Part shown: positions 47,604 to 52,406 of the stretch, piece by piece
Numbering within the stretch: position 1 is the stretch's first letter
How the letters are laid out: every line of letters begins with the position of its first letter
NCBI GenBank assembly: GCA_002269645.1
Contig: NIVC01000698.1
Location: 144,694 to 197,099, forward strand
Length of the DNA: 52,406 bases
DNA from: Macrostomum lignano
Taxonomy: Eukaryota
Direction of reading: 5' to 3'
Position numbers and translations under genes: made by a program
The notes under the pieces: generated by a model
The model's input: only the letters and a program-made list of their open reading frames with translations
Databases searched by the model: none
What the model was told of the DNA's origin: nothing

Positions 47604-49922
47604 CTACTGCATTCGACATCCATTCAGTCTCGCCAGCACTGCATCCATGAAGTCCTCAGGCGATTCTTTCACATCGGCAAACGTAACCTCTTCCTCAGTT
47701 TTGCTGCTGCCTTCTTCCTTGACTCTGTCCGGCTTTACCGCGGGCACCCGCATAAGCCGGATGTCCTCCTGAGTGACGGCCGTCTCGGCCAGGGCGGCGT
47801 TCTTCCGCTGCTCCTGCACCAGAGCCGCCCAGTAGGTGGAGGCTGGGGGGAAGCCGATGAAGCCGTAGACCCGTTGGTGGCCCTTGAACGCGTAGCTGTG
47901 GTGCAGGCTGAGGTTCACGGTGCAGCTCAGGTCTTCCCTACCATCCAGTCGCCTCTGTCGGGTGTTGAGGTGCTGCCTGACGTAGCTGTTCATCGCCTGC
48001 AGCAGGCGGTCCAGGAACTTGATGTCTGGCTCTGGTGATCTCGATTCCAAGGCGTGCTTTGGGTGCTCAAGTGAGCCGAAACCGAGCATTGGCTGCTCCT
48101 GGTGCGGGATGAGCACAAAGTCCTCAAACAGGTCGAATTCTCCCCGCAGCTGCTTCGCGGGCTTCCGTTTTGCAACTTCCGACGGCGGGTTCCGGCGCGT
48201 CACCAGCAGCTCCGGCATCTTGACCAGCTGCAGCCTGCGAAGCACGTTCTTCTCGTACAGCTTCATTGTAAGACGGGGATCCTTGTCGCTCGAGCTCGAG
48301 CTCTCCTTGGAGTAGGTCCAGAACTCGGTCACGTAGCTCTTGTCGGGCCAGTTGGGGATCGCACAGCTGCTCTTTTTCTGGCGCACGCCCGGCTTTACAG
48401 GCGGATTGCAGACCTCGAAAATCTCCAGGTACTTGGTGTGGTCCGGAACGATGATGTAAGCGAAGAACGCCGGGTAGGCATTGGTGCGATACTTTCCGTG
48501 CGGTACCTGCAGCGTGCAGTGGCCAAGGTTGTAGCTTGTGGTGATGTCCGTGGCCGCCTTCACAAGGTCTTGCCGTTCCTCTGCGTCCAGGCAGTCGTAC
48601 AGCTGCTTGTGGAACTTGTAGTGCAGCAGGAACCTGGGCAGGCAGTGCACCAGATCGAATCGCACCGTGAAGCTGTCGTTCTTCCTGTGCGCAAACAGCA
48701 GATCGTAGTATCTGGCGGCCGACTGGCTCGTGTCGACATCAAGTGAGCCAGCCGACCCGCAGCAGTCGCACGGAAATCTACCACCATCTTCTAAGTCAAC
48801 AGAACTGCCGTTTCGGTCGAGCAGACGGCTCTGAAGTATCTCGCGTTCTTCTGGACTGAGAGCGTCTGTCGGTGGCGACTCAACCAAGCCGTTCAGGAAC
48901 AGTAGCTGAGCCCGACGCGTTTTCGCCTGCTCCAAATCATCCAGACACTCGCTGTGCACCCCCAGTGAGCTCGGCTTCTTGACTTGAAGAAACATGTTCA
49001 CCCGCTCCTGAAAGTCGACGGTATCAGAGCCAATTTTTGACGCATGTGTGTTGCCTTCGGTTGGTTTGTTTCCGGTTTCTACCATATTTGCTTCCGCTTG
49101 TGCATCGCCGGGCTTGTCATGTCCGACACTCACTGCGCTGCTGCTCGCTGCTGCAGCGGGGCTCTTGGAAACGCGTTTTACAATCCAGGCAAACTCGTAG
49201 TCATCAACACTTTCACTCCGCACGCGGTGACGCCCATTGGGCTGCTTGTGTTTAAGATGCCGATCGCGCAGCTCCTGCTGCTCGTGCCTGGCTAGGCGGA
49301 ACAGCCGCTGACTTGGCAGCAGGCCGGAGTCGTGATCCTCTCTGGACTGTACAAACGGGTTCATCGGCAGTTCAACGTTGCCTTGCTCGTCTGTCTCGGG
49401 TCCGGTTCGATTCTCGTGAAAGAAGTGCTTCACCTGCTTCTTTATCACTGCTAAGGTGTCCTTTTTCTTACGCAACTCGTTCTTAGTAATCTGGATGCTC
49501 TGTGTTCTCATTCTTGAGAAGTCGATAGTCTGGACTCGCTCGTCAATGGGAGCGAAGACGTCATCACCGTCGTCGCACTCGCTCCCGGTGAGTTCGTCTC
49601 GCTCGTCGATCCGGCCAGAGCGCGTCATCCCGTCGGAAAAATCCAGGCCGGCTGGCCGGGCGGATCTGGAGGCCGCGCCAACAGAGTCGATGCTGGGACG
49701 TCGCGATCCGGGCGGCAGCACCGACATGGAACGCTGCGGCGTCGGCGGTACCGCTTTAGAGGGTCCAGCTGGAGACGTCGCCAGCACGGACGCTGATCGA
49801 ATCGGCCGCCTCGGTCTGGAGAAGCTCGCGTCCTTGATGCTGCTGTCATCGTCGTGATGCTGAGTTTGACCAGCAGATTGATACGAGGGCTTCTGAGAGC
49901 CACCTGAGTACCATTCGGACAA
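47604..49922 (-). CDS. Hypothetical protein, large exon (~770 codons), no recognised domain
   Basis: 2.3-kb stop-free, GC-rich, non-repetitive frame. The track start at 49922 is TTG. A donor CTCG|GTGAGC at 50057/50056 and acceptors CTCAG (49904, phase 1) or CTCTCAG (phase 0) suggest a short upstream coding exon (ATG 50228 or the downstream ATG CCA GAC). Confidence 0.75.
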   Translation of the reverse strand: MSEWYSGGSQKPSYQSAGQTQHHDDDSSIKDASFSRPRRPIRSASVLATSPAGPSKAVPPTPQRSMSVLPPGSRRPSIDSVGAASRSARPAGLDFSDGMTRSGRIDERDELTGSECDDGDDVFAPIDERVQTIDFSRMRTQSIQITKNELRKKKDTLAVIKKQVKHFFHENRTGPETDEQGNVELPMNPFVQSREDHDSGLLPSQRLFRLARHEQQELRDRHLKHKQPNGRHRVRSESVDDYEFAWIVKRVSKSPAAAASSSAVSVGHDKPGDAQAEANMVETGNKPTEGNTHASKIGSDTVDFQERVNMFLQVKKPSSLGVHSECLDDLEQAKTRRAQLLFLNGLVESPPTDALSPEEREILQSRLLDRNGSSVDLEDGGRFPCDCCGSAGSLDVDTSQSAARYYDLLFAHRKNDSFTVRFDLVHCLPRFLLHYKFHKQLYDCLDAEERQDLVKAATDITTSYNLGHCTLQVPHGKYRTNAYPAFFAYIIVPDHTKYLEIFEVCNPPVKPGVRQKKSSCAIPNWPDKSYVTEFWTYSKESSSSSDKDPRLTMKLYEKNVLRRLQLVKMPELLVTRRNPPSEVAKRKPAKQLRGEFDLFEDFVLIPHQEQPMLGFGSLEHPKHALESRSPEPDIKFLDRLLQAMNSYVRQHLNTRQRRLDGREDLSCTVNLSLHHSYAFKGHQRVYGFIGFPPASTYWAALVQEQRKNAALAETAVTQEDIRLMRVPAVKPDRVKEEGSSKTEEEVTFADVKESPEDFMDAVLARLNGCRMQ

Positions 49923-52406
49923 GTATATTTTGAAACACCCCGATAAGTTCAGAATTATGCTATGCTTGCAACATCACATTGCTAATTTCATGCTGCTCTA
50001 AATCTGCTCAGCCACAATTAAGGTTTCCCTACAGAGCAACTATTGCGTCAGCTCACCGAGTTCCTGCGGCTGCCACTCGCCGGGTCCGACGCTGGCGCAC
50101 TTCCGGCGGCTCTCTGCCGCAATTGAAGAAGGCGTCTGCAGTTTGACAATGGCCGACCGTCTGGCATACCTGCAGCTGGCTGATGAAGCCCGTCTAGCCT
50201 CAGTTTTATGGAGGCCTAGAAAACTCATGTTTGTAGCTGTACCGATAAACGCACCAAAATTCAAGTACGAAGCACGATTGCGACTACAAACGTTTTACAG
50301 AAACGGTCTTCCATATTTCTTGTAGAGCAGCGAACTTTAATTGTTTTGACACCAGATTTATACGAAAACTTCTATTTTTAGAGCGGAAACGACAGCCAGC
50401 TTCTGTTGTTGTTATTAAGCGTTCCAATGCACACAATCTCATGGCTATGTTGTGGAGACATTGTAAAGTCTGCGGCGAAATGACGGCAGTTCTTTATTGT
50501 CCGCCATCTCGGGCTAAAAATAGACTCACACTGACAGCAAAAGCACCGCTTTCAGTTTTTGTAAGTAATTTACTTATTTACTAATTTACTAATCGGTAAA
50601 TTTTGTAATTTACTTGAATTGAAGGTGGAATTTTAAATGGAGAGTTACATCATGATCTCATTAGATACCATCTACCGATGCCTCATACTGGTCCTCACCG
50701 TTCGTCATGTAGTAAAAGTAAAAAAATGCGCAATTTAAGCGTAGATCAATCTCACATTAATACAGATCATGTATACTGTAGGGTCGAAACATTAACATAT
50801 GTAGAAAGCGCGAATCACGTGATCGGGCTCTGCATGCTGGGTAGTCCAAGTTGGAGTTGCTCACGGATATATGAATTGTTGTATCTACGAACTATTCTAA
50901 CATGGGATTTGCGGTATCATAGCGCTACATCCTACATATATGTACCTGGTGATGTTTATCATATGTACAATGTACAACGATGTACAAGAAAGTGTGTACA
51001 TCTACATGTTTGTACCAGTGCAGTGTTAAAAATTGTGTGCTTATTATATCTGAACGGGGTCCAGATCAGCTAGGTGAGCGCAGCTTGGACCAGAAAATGA
51101 AGTCTTTACGATTGATCGCTATGTTTTTATGCAATACATTTAGATGTACCTATAATTGGAGTGAGCCGCGGCGTGGCCGGTATTACATGTCACGCAGACT
51201 AGACCCTGTTTGAAGCAAACTGAAGAATTCTAGCCAGTCTATGTACATGTATTAAAAAAGGTGTCGTAAAGCCATTCTATATTTACATGAAGTTGCAAGC
51301 AAGATTGCCTTCCGCTGTAGGGCCGGATCGCTGAAGGCTATACATCTTATCTATTGAGTGTTTAACACTCAATACGGGTTTCCGAGTGATTTTTAATGCT
51401 TAATCCACTGTTCTCTACTCAAATAATTCCCTCTGTGTATCAGATACGCTGCTGCAAATAATATTGGCTGCATGCCGGTCTGCACGACTTTACACTTAGA
51501 CAGGCCACTGGACTATTACAGGTAGTTAAAAAATGAATGGTTTTATTATGTACTTATACCAGTGATCCTTACTTTAAATCTTATGCATGCATCTAATACA
51601 GTATACATGTGTCCTACTAGATCGCTACTTCTAACATGTACATTAAAGAGGCGAATGTGTCACATACAACAATCATTCAAAAAGAGTCATTCAAAAAGGG
51701 AAATGAGGAATATATCGATTGATTCGGCTTTCTTTAATCGGATGCTGGTCAGACCTTAGAGCAAAGAAATCTATCATTAATAATGCTAGCTGGCCTCCCA
51801 AGCTACGTACAGCATGTCAGATACATGGTCAGCCCCAAGGTATAGCAAAGATATGTGGCGAACAGCTACGTCCTAAATGTATATAGCTTAAAAGAACATA
51901 GCGAGAGATAAGCAGGAAACTTTGAACAGCAGAAATCAACTAACCCGGAGATAAGGCTAATCTGCCGCCACCAGTACGTGAGCGCATGGCTTTCCAAACC
52001 AGCTCTTTGGAAATCGGGTGTCAGAAGGGCTCTGAACTTAACCTACTAACTTGTGTCTTTTAGCTGTCAATCTACAAGTCATAGCCGATGATAAAACCGT
52101 GAGCGCTGAAGCGCTGACATCAGGTGTAAACGCCACGGCCGGGACTGCCGCTGTCTCCGCTTAAGCAGCCGCCTCGAACAAACAATGCAGTCGGTGCAAA
52201 GCGTACCATACCCTTCAGCAATTCGGTGGTCGTATCAAAGTTAGCTCAGGATGGAACGTCGTTGAAAGTATTTTGTATTGAACTCTCAGCAAATGGAAAC
52301 TCGTATCATTGACAGTTCGGTTTAGCTCTATTTTCAGTCAAATTTTTAACTTTGTTAAACTGTAACTCTTACTCTTGTTCTACTTTAAGCCATAACTTGT
52401 AAGCTT

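Noticed and set aside
50340-52406. ORFs 50678-51073, 50980-51213 and 51562-51759, and possible RNA genes
   Set aside because: AT-rich, no coding-like composition or motifs. No tRNA or rRNA signature was seen.

Overview
Eukaryotic (animal) genomic DNA: GC-rich exons, GT-AG introns, AT-rich spacers, and a different minisatellite in most introns. This style suggests a free-living flatworm such as Macrostomum (inference only). Splice phases were checked by hand and support five gene units. (1) 2982-13582 +, 9 exons: a secreted protein of about 1436 aa with a signal peptide, six diverged copies of an unrecognised ~200-aa domain and a C-terminal C-type lectin domain. Exon 1 carries two 1-nt frameshifts and a GC donor. 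(2) 15989-16459 -: a small single-pass membrane protein with an NPxY motif. (3) 21040-28844 +: a TIR-SAM-TIR gene with an unresolved 5' end, plus a third TIR that is either a separate gene or an in-phase alternative 3' end. (4) 32506-45118 +, 10 exons: a DUR3-type urea transporter of 743 aa with a Cys-rich insert. (5) 47604-~50228 -: an orphan ORF of about 770-820 aa. The window also holds two copies of a foldback MITE-like element whose core is inverted between copies, and more than 35 tandem arrays. No rRNA, tRNA or CRISPR array was seen. Repeat boundaries are approximate.
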